A stretch of DNA of 39,362 nucleotides from a virus (taxonomy: Duplodnaviria > Caudoviricetes), in the IMG/VR virus record IMGVR_UViG_3300049732_000090, positions 1 to 39,362 of that record, one strand, 5' to 3'. The notes beneath the pieces were generated by a model. That model had not been told where the DNA came from. It did no database searches and saw only the letters and a program-made list of their open reading frames with translations. A program made the translations under genes and the position numbers. Of this stretch, positions 25,036 through 33,104 are shown piece by piece (within the stretch, counting starts at the first letter, position 1; each line of letters starts with the position of its first letter).

Positions 25036-25592
25036 GTCATGTGTCTCTCTTTGACAATCTGCTGCAGGCGCGCTGCGGCGATCTGATCAAAATGAGAGAG
25101 GCCGAAATCGTTCAAGGCCACATTGATGGAGGCGAGGACGACCCGGACATTGTCCCTGGTATATCCGCGCGCGCAATCAATCCGATCGAGGCTTGGCGCA
25201 TAGGGGTTCATTCGGGTGCCGCCAGCGCGGCCAGCTTGAAATGGAATGCCTGTCAGCGCGCAGCAGTAGTTCTGATGCTCAAACTGATGGTTGAGCCATT
25301 CAAGAGTCAGATCAAATTCACGTCGGTTGGCGATGGCTCTCTGCCGGCACTGGACCAGCATGTTTTCGATCCGGCGTGGAAACCTGCGCTTGATAATGTC
25401 TTGCTCGACATCGCCAATGTCGACCGTGATCATCTGGCCGCTCATCAGCGATTGATACGCCGACCAGAATGCTTGCGAACCATAGGGGTGATCGATGCGG
25501 GTGCGCGGACCATGGCCGCGGCGGAAATAGTAACTATCGACGCCATTGCGCGTCTCGACGTTGAGATGCGGCGTCTGGGTCTTGGGCATCAT
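25032..25592 (-). CDS. Integrase arm-binding-like domain fused to an HNH/His-Me-type endonuclease
   Basis: N-terminal PHL..ETRNG...YYFRRGHGPRTRI..PYGS..F..AY; C-terminal RQRA.....FDLT...Q...CALTGIPF...NPYAPSLDRID...GYT.DNVRVV...IN.A.N. Confidence 0.75.
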   Translation of the reverse strand: MMPKTQTPHLNVETRNGVDSYYFRRGHGPRTRIDHPYGSQAFWSAYQSLMSGQMITVDIGDVEQDIIKRRFPRRIENMLVQCRQRAIANRREFDLTLEWLNHQFEHQNYCCALTGIPFQAGRAGGTRMNPYAPSLDRIDCARGYTRDNVRVVLASINVALNDFGLSHFDQIAAARLQQIVKERHMT

Positions 25593-25798
25593 TTCTTCCC
25601 CCTCTCCAATGCGGTCAGCCGCTGGCCTTGAGCAGCGACAATGCGGTGCAGACCATCGACAACCTCGTCGGTTCCGCGCTGCATGTGGAAGGCGCCGTCC
25701 AGCTCAGAGCGCATGCCATCAACGGACTCGCGTAGGCTTCTCACTTCGCCAATCAGCGTGGCGATCTGCTTCCCAAGCAGTTCCAGTGTGATGGTCAT
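25589..25798 (-). CDS. Small coiled-coil protein
   Basis: Heptad pattern; ATGA overlaps with both neighbours. Confidence 0.65.
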   Translation of the reverse strand: MTITLELLGKQIATLIGEVRSLRESVDGMRSELDGAFHMQRGTDEVVDGLHRIVAAQGQRLTALERGKK

Positions 25799-26001
25799 TT
25801 CTTCCCCTCGTCTTTCTGGGTCATTTCCAGCATGGCGAGCAGCATCGAGGGATAGGCGAATCCCCTGCCCTGCTCGATGCCTTCATAGGTGCGCTGCGAA
25901 ATGCCGAGCAGATCGGCGGCCGCCTTCTGCGACAGCATCCATTGGTGGCGCCATGCGCGCGCCTGGGCGGCGAGGTCTTCCTTGCTGATAGTGTTAGTCA
26001 T
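25795..26001 (-). CDS. XRE-family HTH regulator
   Basis: WR....LSQKAAADLLGISQRTYEGIEQGR. Confidence 0.85.
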   Translation of the reverse strand: MTNTISKEDLAAQARAWRHQWMLSQKAAADLLGISQRTYEGIEQGRGFAYPSMLLAMLEMTQKDEGKK

Positions 26002-26201
26002 AGGAACAGCACCTTGCCGAGAACAACCACGGTCAATGCGATATTGACGCCGCCCATCCATTTGAGCAGCGCCACATCGGTTTCGATCTTTGCCAGCCGG
26101 TTCTCGTAGCCGGCAGCCTCTTCAGCGGCCTTGTCGGCCTTGTCTGCGGATGCGCCGGCATCAACCAGCGCATCGCGGAGCGATCCAAGCATGAGGGCCA
26201 T
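25998..26201 (-). CDS. Small coiled-coil protein with C-terminal membrane anchor (DUF1640/CCDC90-like)
   Basis: LRDAL.DAGAS..KA..AAEE...YENRL..IE.D..LLKWM followed by a hydrophobic tail. Confidence 0.7.
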   Translation of the reverse strand: MALMLGSLRDALVDAGASADKADKAAEEAAGYENRLAKIETDVALLKWMGGVNIALTVVVLGKVLFL

Positions 26202-26425
26202 TAGAGCGCCCTCGTTTCGCAGCGGTCGGGGTAGCCTACCCAGCGCGGCAAGCAGGACTCGAAAGTCGGATGGCTCTTGCGGCTAGGCTTGCGGCTCGAA
26301 GTATTCGGGAAGAAGCGATACCCATTCACCATCCACCGGACAGTGCCGAGAAGGACGACATTGTCGGGGTCGCCGCTGTAACGGCGCTCAACTGCCCATT
26401 TGGTCGTTGGTCCATATTTTGTCAT
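26201..26425 (-). CDS. Hypothetical protein, first gene of the inserted cassette
   Basis: GGAG RBS before ATG 26425; stop overlaps the next ATG. Confidence 0.65.
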   Translation of the reverse strand: MTKYGPTTKWAVERRYSGDPDNVVLLGTVRWMVNGYRFFPNTSSRKPSRKSHPTFESCLPRWVGYPDRCETRAL

Positions 26426-26451
26426 TGCCTGTCTCCGTTGTTGATGAGACA

Positions 26452-26503
26452 GATATACGCACTCTGGCGACACGTTGCAAGCGGAAAATACGCAGATTGG
26501 CGA
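26452..26503 (-). promoter_or_regulatory. Sigma70 promoter with two direct-repeat operators
   Basis: Minus strand TTGCAA-17 nt-TATATC; repeats ATACGCACTCTGGCGA (26455-26470) and ATACGCAGATTGGCGA (26488-26503). Confidence 0.7.
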
Positions 26504-26510
26504 ATTATTT

Positions 26511-26747
26511 TCAGGACACCTTGCGGTCGAAGAAATTGCCGGCGCCCTGGTGCGGCAGTTCGGAGAAGGCAATATCCAGCTCAACGCGGTCCCATATCGT
26601 GCGGCCGCGAATCTGCCGCGGTTTCGGCATCTGCCGCTCGGCGATCATCACGTCGAAGGTGCTCGTTCCAACGCCGACATAACGCGCCGCCTCCGCACGG
26701 CTGAGGCCGCGCGGTGGATAGGATAGCGGGTCGGGCTTCAGGGTCAT
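26511..26747 (-). CDS. AlpA/Xis-like winged-helix protein (excisionase candidate)
   Basis: PPRGLSRAEAARYVGVG.STFD.MI....MPKP..I.GR.IWDR.ELD.AF..LP. Confidence 0.82.
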   Translation of the reverse strand: MTLKPDPLSYPPRGLSRAEAARYVGVGTSTFDVMIAERQMPKPRQIRGRTIWDRVELDIAFSELPHQGAGNFFDRKVS

Positions 26748-26809
26748 GCCAAGCCTTTCAGAATGGCGAAGATCTGCTTCTGGGTGGCAGCGAGCGGCCG
26801 GTTGCTCAT
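26744..26809 (-). pseudogene. Truncated duplicate (21 aa) of the 24859-25035 gene
   Basis: MSNRPLAATQKQIFAILKGLA* versus MSNRLAVTQKQITAILKGAA; nucleotide similarity of 26753-26809 to 24982-25035 is visible. Confidence 0.75.
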
Positions 26810-27138
26810 ATGACCGGCCTCTGCTTGTCCGACACCTCACGGAAGCCGGCGATTCTCCGCCAGAACTCGATCGGCCGGTCGTCGGAATAGATGGCTAGTT
26901 CCTCTAGCCGGATGACATGCTTCGCCGTGCCCGACGGGTTGATCAGACGCTTAAGCTCGACATCGTGGCTTCGCCCAGCCAGGTCAAGGATTGCGAACTT
27001 TTGCCCGTCCTTGAATTGCTGGCCGTCGACAGGAAGGCGGAGGAAGCCGAAAAGAACGTCCGGCTGGCAGCAGCAGTTGACCGGAACCCACGTCATGCGG
27101 ACGGTCGTTTCGATTGGAGGATGAAAGGTTTTTATCAT
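26806..27138 (-). CDS. Hypothetical protein
   Basis: Coupled to recT (ATGA overlap) with GAGGG RBS; contains CCCQP. Confidence 0.65.
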   Translation of the reverse strand: MIKTFHPPIETTVRMTWVPVNCCCQPDVLFGFLRLPVDGQQFKDGQKFAILDLAGRSHDVELKRLINPSGTAKHVIRLEELAIYSDDRPIEFWRRIAGFREVSDKQRPVI

Positions 27139-28073
27139 TTCATCCCCTCAAGGAACTTCCGCGCCGCCTCGACCTTCAGCTCGCCGCGCGCTACCTTGCT
27201 GGCGGCAGGAAACAGCTCGGCCAGGAAGTTGGGATCCTCCTTTTCGAACAGCAACTGATAATGCGGCCAGACCTGGTCGATCGCCTCGATGCGCTCGTCT
27301 TCGGTAAGATCGCTGTCGCTGGCCAGCTGCAGCATCTTGCCAATGGCTTCCGACTTGCGGAAGGCGGCAGCAGCGAGGTCGTGCGCCGAGGGGGGTGAAA
27401 CGTCGCTGCTGCCTTCGGCGTCGGCTGGGGGGCGAATGGTGACGCCTGGGTCCGACTCTACCACTGTTGCGCCGAAATCGGGAATGGCATCATCGGGCGG
27501 CGGTCCCGGCTGTGGCGCCGGCTTCACGTCGGCCATTTCCTCGGCCACCGACAGGCCGCGCAGCACATCGGCAAAGCCGTCACGCAGCGCAAAGGCGCGG
27601 GCGCGCATGGCGAGCATCCTTTGGGGATAGTGTTCCCACGGTCCCTTGCGCGTCCACAGTCCGGCCTTCTTGGCGTCGGCAACGGAAAACTGCCGGATGG
27701 TGTCGGTATTCTCGCCACGACGGCGCACGCGGCAGGTCGCGGTCATCGCCTCGCCCTGGCCGTCGAGCCGCTCCTGCATGTCAACGAGCATCCCGGAGGC
27801 GCGGACCAGCGCCAGCGCGCCATCGCCATAGATCGACGGCCGGTTGTTGATGATGGCGATCGACTGGATGGCCTGCATCGGCGGCAAGCCGACCTCCATG
27901 CCGGCCAGGATGGCAATGGTAATTTTCTCAGGGCTTTCCAGTCCCTGCGGCTGCATGCCGGCCTTGGCGATCGCCGAGGCAATGCGCCAGGCGCCTTCGA
28001 AATCCTGCGGGATGATCGGCCGGATGGCGCCGCCGGACACCAGCGCCGGCAGCCGTGTTTCGGGGGTGTTCAT
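27135..28073 (-). CDS. recT: RecT-family single-strand annealing recombinase
   Basis: AILAGMEVGL.PMQA.QSIA.IN.RPSIYGD..LALV..SG; FS..DAK.AGLW...GPW..YP.RML..RAR.FALRD.F.DVL.GL...EE. Confidence 0.85.
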   Translation of the reverse strand: MNTPETRLPALVSGGAIRPIIPQDFEGAWRIASAIAKAGMQPQGLESPEKITIAILAGMEVGLPPMQAIQSIAIINNRPSIYGDGALALVRASGMLVDMQERLDGQGEAMTATCRVRRRGENTDTIRQFSVADAKKAGLWTRKGPWEHYPQRMLAMRARAFALRDGFADVLRGLSVAEEMADVKPAPQPGPPPDDAIPDFGATVVESDPGVTIRPPADAEGSSDVSPPSAHDLAAAAFRKSEAIGKMLQLASDSDLTEDERIEAIDQVWPHYQLLFEKEDPNFLAELFPAASKVARGELKVEAARKFLEGMK

Positions 28074-28258
28074 GACTCCTCCTCCAGCATTGTTGCCACT
28101 TCGTGGATCAGCTCGTTGGTCCGCATCAGGCGGCTATAGACCTCATTTTCCTCGTCAATGCTCATTTTGCGTTTCTGATCGCGCTGGTAGATCTCGATGC
28201 AGGCGCCGATATTGCCGGCCGCGCTGCCCAGCAGTCCCATCATCTGAGACCGTTTCAT
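28070..28258 (-). CDS. Hypothetical protein
   Basis: Overlapping start and stop with both neighbours; GAGG RBS. Confidence 0.65.
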   Translation of the reverse strand: MKRSQMMGLLGSAAGNIGACIEIYQRDQKRKMSIDEENEVYSRLMRTNELIHEVATMLEEES

Positions 28259-29097
28259 ATCGCCCTCGCCTCCTCCCTGATCACCAGGCCTGGCGTCTCG
28301 GCATGCGCGCGGGCCAGTTGGTTCGCCACTTTCTGCAGCGCCTCGCGGACTTCCGGCCGGTCTTTGACGGCGCCGAAGAACAGCTCGGCATTGACGATCT
28401 CGCCAACAAACACCCGCCGCAGCGACACTTTTGCGCCGGTGCGGCCGGCCGATGGTTCGTGGCTGTCAAGCCAGGGCTGCAGGTGTTTTTTCAACAGGGT
28501 GACAGTTTCTGTCACCCCATCGCGGAACCGCCAGCGATCATCGACTTCGCGGCCGGCTTCCAGGTGCGGCCGTTTTTCCTTCGTGTGCTCGAGATCGGCG
28601 CGCTGGCGCAGGCCGGACAGTCTTTTGGACATGATGGCGATCTGATCGGCAATGTCCTGGCTGAGATCCTTGGCCAGCAGATCCTGGGCGATCTCCTGCT
28701 CGGCTTCGAATTCCAGCAGCAGCTGCTCACGCAGGTCGGCCGACAGATTGTGGCCGAGCGATGGCGCCGGTGGCTCGTCGGCAAAGCCGTTGCCGGCAAT
28801 GGCATCCTGATAGGCGGCGTAGGAAATCGGGTGCCGGCAGCAGCGGTGCCAGATATCGCCCATCTTCAGCGGCTCGACGAGGCGGCCGTCGACCTGGCAG
28901 CACAAGATCTCGTCGGCGTCGTCGCTGATGAAGAAGGCCACCGCTTGCCATCTGTCCTTGGACTTAGAGAACATCCTATAAAAACCAATCTCTGGCCGAT
29001 CGACGAACAGCGGCAGCTCATAGGTGCCGATCAGTCCCGGCGCCTGCATGGCGCGCTTCCAGAACAGCCAGGGGTCAGGTTCGGCGTGCTCGGTCAT
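28255..29097 (-). CDS. Conserved rhizobial phage early protein (coiled-coil; recombination-associated by position)
   Basis: W..W..A....P..GFYR...W..VA; GHN; EK.PHLE.GR.VD..W; PG..I.EE; lies upstream of recT. Confidence 0.7.
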   Translation of the reverse strand: MTEHAEPDPWLFWKRAMQAPGLIGTYELPLFVDRPEIGFYRMFSKSKDRWQAVAFFISDDADEILCCQVDGRLVEPLKMGDIWHRCCRHPISYAAYQDAIAGNGFADEPPAPSLGHNLSADLREQLLLEFEAEQEIAQDLLAKDLSQDIADQIAIMSKRLSGLRQRADLEHTKEKRPHLEAGREVDDRWRFRDGVTETVTLLKKHLQPWLDSHEPSAGRTGAKVSLRRVFVGEIVNAELFFGAVKDRPEVREALQKVANQLARAHAETPGLVIREEARAI

Positions 29098-29177
29098 GTC
29101 AGCAACGCCCACAGAAGGATCGCCCACAGCGCCGTGCTGAGGATGAGGCCGTTGAGGATGCCTTTGAGAGGGATCAT
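29094..29177 (-). CDS. 27-aa hydrophobic peptide, first gene of the leftward operon (absent from the ORF track)
   Basis: MIPLKGILNGLILSTALWAILLWALLT*; GGAAAG upstream; stop overlaps the next ATG. Confidence 0.55.
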   Translation of the reverse strand: MIPLKGILNGLILSTALWAILLWALLT

Positions 29178-29199
29178 GGCCGATTTCTTTCCGCAATGC

Positions 29200-29285
29200 G
29201 GTTTAGAAGAAACGGCATTCAAAACCCATCAGGTTTAAATAGCAAGTGAGATTTAAACCCATTCCGGATTAAACGGTTTAGCTAA
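29200..29285 (-). promoter_or_regulatory. PL/OL-like promoter-operator
   Basis: AT-rich; minus strand TTGCTA-17 nt-TTGAAT; repeated TAAACC/GGTTTA half-sites including AAAACC-N5-GGTTTA in the spacer. Confidence 0.6.
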
Positions 29286-29312
29286 CGTATCACGTTTTGT
29301 GACGGGTGCGGC

Positions 29313-29657
29313 CTACTCGTCCTTGTTCTCGTCCCACCATTTGCTGACGTCCGACAGCTCATCGTTGAGCTGCTCACCGGCCAGTTCATGGGCGAGATTG
29401 TAGATCTTGCGCGCAAAGCGGACAAAGTCATGCGGTGCCTTGAGTTCCAACATCACCGCGCGGCCGTCTGCAGCGCGCTGATGGACGATCACGCTGTCCT
29501 TGTCTGTCGATATGGTCTCCAGCGTCGTACGCAGCGGTGTTGGCGATGGCTTGTAGCTAATGGCAATATCGATGCGGTCGGGCAATGTGGCCTCCATATC
29601 GGGGTGCGCTCGGATCTTTCCCTCAAGAAGCATCCGGCGCTTTGTTGTTGGGATCAT
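29313..29657 (-). CDS. Hypothetical protein co-transcribed with the repressor
   Basis: ATGA overlap with the repressor stop; occupies the lambda rex position. Confidence 0.7.
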   Translation of the reverse strand: MIPTTKRRMLLEGKIRAHPDMEATLPDRIDIAISYKPSPTPLRTTLETISTDKDSVIVHQRAADGRAVMLELKAPHDFVRFARKIYNLAHELAGEQLNDELSDVSKWWDENKDE

Positions 29658-30073
29658 TCGTCGGATTTGCGCCGGCCATGCCGCTCAAAATGGCGCGTCA
29701 GGAGGAATTCCAGCGTATCGAAGAATTCCTCCTGAGTGTCTGGAGTGAGCATGCCCAGCATGTGGAAAATCATCTGGCCGCGTTCAGGAATGCCAATACC
29801 TGACTTCAGCCAGGTTTCCGACACGCCGGCGAACTTGGCGAATTTCGTCAGGTTGTCATCGGTGATCAGCGTCTTGCCGTTTTCCCATTTTGACACGGCC
29901 ATTGCACTGACGCCGATCTGCTTCGCTACTGCCTCGACGCTCATTTTCAGCTTGCGCGTGCGCACCAGCTTCATCCGGTGGCCGAGGTCGCGCAAATAAA
30001 TCGTCTGTTCTTCCGCCGCCGCTGTTGAAGCTGACAGCGCCCGGCGGCGGTAGGTCACTCGCTGATGGTCCAT
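29654..30073 (-). CDS. CI-like XRE repressor without a peptidase S24 domain
   Basis: GAGGA RBS before ATG 30073; R.K..R...KMS.E.VA..IGVS..AVSKWENGK...L...A...GVS..WL..G.G; divergent from cro. Confidence 0.85.
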   Translation of the reverse strand: MDHQRVTYRRRALSASTAAAEEQTIYLRDLGHRMKLVRTRKLKMSVEAVAKQIGVSAMAVSKWENGKTLITDDNLTKFAKFAGVSETWLKSGIGIPERGQMIFHMLGMLTPDTQEEFFDTLEFLLTRHFERHGRRKSDE

Positions 30074-30109
30074 GTTTCCTCGTCTGGTCAACGCCCCTGT
30101 CCCATTCCC

Positions 30110-30216
30110 AGGACAGTTTAAACCATGCCCTTTTAAACCTCCTATGACAAGTGAGTTGAACGCAAGGTGCAAGTTTAGGCTTGCGGCATTTCGTAAACCT
30201 GCGCAATAGTGGCGGC
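30110..30216. promoter_or_regulatory. OR-like region with PR
   Basis: Three TAAACC half-sites, the same hexamer as at OL; TTGCGG(30181)-18 nt-AATAGT(30205) ending 6 nt before the cro ATG. Confidence 0.55.
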
Positions 30217-30459
30217 ATGCGAAGCGGTCTGCGCTACCCACCCGACGATCCGCGCGTCGTCGCCTGCAAAGAGGCGGTGAAGCGGGCCGGCGGGCTGACC
30301 AAACTAAGCAGAGTGTTCGGGGTCACGCCGCAGGCCATCTACAAATGGGAGATGGTGCCGCCCGAGCGCTGCCAGGAGCTGGCGATGCTGGCTGGCATGA
30401 GCGTCCACGACCTTCGGCCCGACATTTTCGGCGTCAAGCCGCGCCGGGCCGCCAGTTAA
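30217..30459 (+). CDS. cro: Cro/YdaS-like regulator
   Basis: AV..AGG..KL....GVTPQAI.KW..VP.ERC.......G.S.HDLRPDIFG. Confidence 0.88.
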   Translation: MRSGLRYPPDDPRVVACKEAVKRAGGLTKLSRVFGVTPQAIYKWEMVPPERCQELAMLAGMSVHDLRPDIFGVKPRRAAS

Positions 30460-30584
30460 CCGATTTCCGCAGCAGCCGGCCCGAACGCTGGTCGAGCGGA
30501 AAGGCGCCGCCGGGTTAGCCCGTTCCCCGGTCTGCCCGGCGGTGACCATGGGGAATGAAACCTCTGGCGGGGGCTGGAGGAGAA

Positions 30585-30809
30585 ATGAACGACCTTATTC
30601 AGCACACCTTCGGTGCGCTTACCGACTTCAAACCCGAAGAGGCCAAAGCCATCGACGCCAAGGCCGATGCGCTCATCGCCTACGCCAAGAAGGTGAAGGA
30701 CTGGCCGCTGCTTGAAGAGGCGGTCGAGGTGAAGATCCAGAACCAGCGTGAATTCGTCAAATGGTGGGATGCCAATGTTCGAGGCAGAGGACAGCCTAAA
30801 AAGAAATAA
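30585..30809 (+). CDS. N-terminal segment of the Dam-like gene (frame 0)
   Basis: GGAGGA RBS; [29 protein letters not shown]; ends AAA AAG AAA TAA; protein-like sequence continues in the +1 frame. Confidence 0.65.
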   Translation: MNDLIQHTFGALTDFKPEEAKAIDAKADALIAYAKKVKDWPLLEEAVEVKIQNQREFVKWWDANVRGRGQPKKK

Positions 30810-31473
30810 CGCAGGACTGCGTTTTTTCTCGCTTGATGAAGCAGAAACGACTGCTGGCATCAAACAGCAGCAGGTCTCGCGCTGGCGCAATCGGCTGGCC
30901 AAGCCGGACAAATACCGGGACCAGCTCGTCGGCAGTCTGATGGCGCAAGCCATGGCCGAAAAAATGGAGCATCGCGTCGAGGCGAACTCCGGCGATTTCG
31001 AATGGTATACGCCGGCCGAATATATTCTGATGGCGCGAAACGTCCTTGGTGCCATCGACCTGGACCCGGCATCCAGCCATCTTGCCAACCGGACTGTGCA
31101 AGCCACCCGGTTCTTCTCATCCGAAACCAACGGCCTTGGCCACTCCTGGGACGGTAGGGTGTGGATGAATCCTCCCTATACCTACCCGCTGATTTCGCAA
31201 TTCGCCGAAAAGCTGGTCGAGGAATATCTGGCTGGTCACGTGACGGCTGCCGTCGTCCTCACCAACGACTGCACTGACACCGGATGGTTTCACACGCTGG
31301 CCACCGCATCGGCGGCACTATGCTTTCTTCGCGGCCGGATTCGCTTCGTGCGCCTGGACGGCGAGAAAAGCACACCCACGCAGGGCCAGACCTTTTTCTA
31401 TTTCGGCCAGGAGACTGACCGTTTCGCCAATGTGTTTGGCGATGCGGGCTTCATCGCGGAGGTGCGGCGATGA
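30805..31473 (+). CDS. DNA N6-adenine methyltransferase, phage Dam-like (start uncertain; +1 continuation of 30585)
   Basis: EWYTP..Y...AR.VLG.IDLDPAS; NGL...[10 protein letters not shown]; TDT.WF; GRIRF; HTH-like [11 protein letters not shown] upstream. Confidence 0.85.
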   Translation, partial: NNAGLRFFSLDEAETTAGIKQQQVSRWRNRLAKPDKYRDQLVGSLMAQAMAEKMEHRVEANSGDFEWYTPAEYILMARNVLGAIDLDPASSHLANRTVQATRFFSSETNGLGHSWDGRVWMNPPYTYPLISQFAEKLVEEYLAGHVTAAVVLTNDCTDTGWFHTLATASAALCFLRGRIRFVRLDGEKSTPTQGQTFFYFGQETDRFANVFGDAGFIAEVRR

Positions 31474-32078
31474 ACGCATACGACCATTGTCTGGAAATTG
31501 AACGGCGCGGCATCGAAATGCTGAAGCCGTTTCTTGACCGTGAATCGGATGGCCGGTGGCAACTGCTAAAGGGGAATCCGCAAGCGGAGCGATTGCAGAA
31601 AGAGTGCGGCGATGTGTTCCTCACATTGCCGAGCGGTCGGGCACCGTTTGTCGAAATCAAGGCGGAAGAAACTTACACCGGCAATCTGGTCTACGAAGAC
31701 TGGAGCAATGCCCGATTCCTGAATGATCCTGTCGGGCATCTGCGCGACGGCTCGACACCCGGCTGGTCATTGACGTGTCGTTCTGAAGTCTTGGCGAATG
31801 CATTTCTGGACCAGCGCATTGCCGTATTTTGCAAGACGGTGGACTTGCTTCGTTTCGCGAACGACCGACGCACTTACAAGTTTCTGTCGCCGCCACTTCC
31901 GCAACGGAAACATACGCAGCGCAACCTGACCGTTATCCGGCTCGTGCTGTTGAAGGAATTTCGGAAGTATTTTCCGGTTCACTCCTATCGGGTCGACCAA
32001 GGTCTTCTCTTTCCTGAAGACCTGCTCGCCATTCATCAACTTGTTGATGAAGGCCAAGTCGCGTGGCACCGGCCATGA
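31470..32078 (+). CDS. PD-(D/E)xK-like nuclease candidate
   Basis: LQK..GD.......VEIKAE...TGNL.YE.WSN.......TPGW; ATGA-coupled to the MTase. Confidence 0.55.
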   Translation: MNAYDHCLEIERRGIEMLKPFLDRESDGRWQLLKGNPQAERLQKECGDVFLTLPSGRAPFVEIKAEETYTGNLVYEDWSNARFLNDPVGHLRDGSTPGWSLTCRSEVLANAFLDQRIAVFCKTVDLLRFANDRRTYKFLSPPLPQRKHTQRNLTVIRLVLLKEFRKYFPVHSYRVDQGLLFPEDLLAIHQLVDEGQVAWHRP

Positions 32079-32590
32079 CCCCCTCCTGGGATCCTTCCCT
32101 CGTGGCGCAGCTGGTGTCGGCCGGCTGCAATGCGCGCGCCATTTCGGTGGTCTTCGGGCTGTCGAAGAACGCCGTGCTGGGAAGGCTGCACCGCGACAAG
32201 CAGTTGAACAAGCTGTGGACGGACAAGGTCGCAGCGGAGCGGCCACGGCGCAAGAAATACAAGCCGGCGCCTGTGCGGAAGACGATCGTTCCGCCTCCGG
32301 AATTATCGGATCCGCCATCGGCCAAAAAGGTCACCGCCGACTGGGGCGCCTGGGAGGAACGCGAAGGGAAAAAGCGCGCCATGGAAGTCAAGATGCACCC
32401 GGCCAAGCCGCATATGCTGCGGGTGCCGCTGCTCAACCTCGGCGCCAATCAATGCCGCTGGCCGGTGGAAGAGGCGGTGGTGACGGGTGGGTATCTTTTT
32501 TGTGCGGCGTCCACGGAGTTCGGTCAGACCTATTGCCGCTATCACCGATCCAAAAGCCTTGCAGGAAAACGCGATGAGCCAAAAAATTGA
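32075..32590 (+). CDS. gcrA: GcrA-like transcriptional regulator
   Basis: W......L...G..A..I....G.SKNAVLG.LHR at the N-terminus; LL.L...QCRWP......FC.......TYC.YH at the C-terminus. Confidence 0.85.
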   Translation: MTPSWDPSLVAQLVSAGCNARAISVVFGLSKNAVLGRLHRDKQLNKLWTDKVAAERPRRKKYKPAPVRKTIVPPPELSDPPSAKKVTADWGAWEEREGKKRAMEVKMHPAKPHMLRVPLLNLGANQCRWPVEEAVVTGGYLFCAASTEFGQTYCRYHRSKSLAGKRDEPKN

Positions 32591-33104
32591 CATGCTGGGT
32601 CAACGCATCGGTCGTCTGCTCGTGATGCAGGATGCTGGTGCCGACGCTTCCGGCAGGACGCAATGGTTCTGCCGCTGCGATTGCGGGGAACAGAAGGTCA
32701 TCAAAGGAAAATATTTGCGCAATGGCGACACGCAGTCGTGCGGCTGTCTGCACCGTGACGGTGTGCAAAAACTGATGACGACGCACGGCGCGACAGTGAA
32801 CCATCAATGGCGGCCGGAATATCGAACCTGGGCGAACATCAAGACCCGCTGCCTCAATCCGCAATTCAAGGACTTCCACTATTACGGCGGCCGTGGCGTC
32901 AAGGTCTGCGACCGGTGGCGCGACAGCTTCGAAGCCTTCTTTGAGGACATGGGTCCAAAGCCTTCGCCAGGGCTGACCATCGACCGTGTGGATCCGTATG
33001 GAGACTACAAGCCGGGCAACTGCCGGTGGGCGACATGGTCGGAGCAGGCCCGCAACAAGCGGTTTCACAAGGCAAGGGCGCTGGCGAAGGGTGGCGTGGG
33101 ATGA
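32574..33104 (+). CDS. HNH-type homing endonuclease, paralogue of 11200-11934
   Basis: GQR.GRL.V...WFC.CDCG...SCGC; EYR.W..IK.RC.NP....YYGGRG.KVC.RW..SF..F..DMG..P...[15 protein letters not shown]. Confidence 0.82.
   Translation: MSQKIDMLGQRIGRLLVMQDAGADASGRTQWFCRCDCGEQKVIKGKYLRNGDTQSCGCLHRDGVQKLMTTHGATVNHQWRPEYRTWANIKTRCLNPQFKDFHYYGGRGVKVCDRWRDSFEAFFEDMGPKPSPGLTIDRVDPYGDYKPGNCRWATWSEQARNKRFHKARALAKGGVG

Noticed and set aside
27844-29238. 464-aa + strand ORF
   Set aside because: Antisense to well-supported coupled early genes; no recognisable motifs; long shadow ORFs are common at this GC content.
29360-29420. LAHELAG as an ImmA/IrrE HExxH metalloprotease motif
   Set aside because: The second His is missing and the rest of the protein does not resemble the family.
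29230-30140. TTAA clusters as CtrA boxes
   Set aside because: Spacings of 11-12 nt rather than TTAA-N7-TTAA; better explained as repressor half-sites.
30460-30560. GC-rich hairpins after cro as a nut-like site or ncRNA
   Set aside because: Pairing is plausible, but no boxA, U-tract or family feature supports a specific call.
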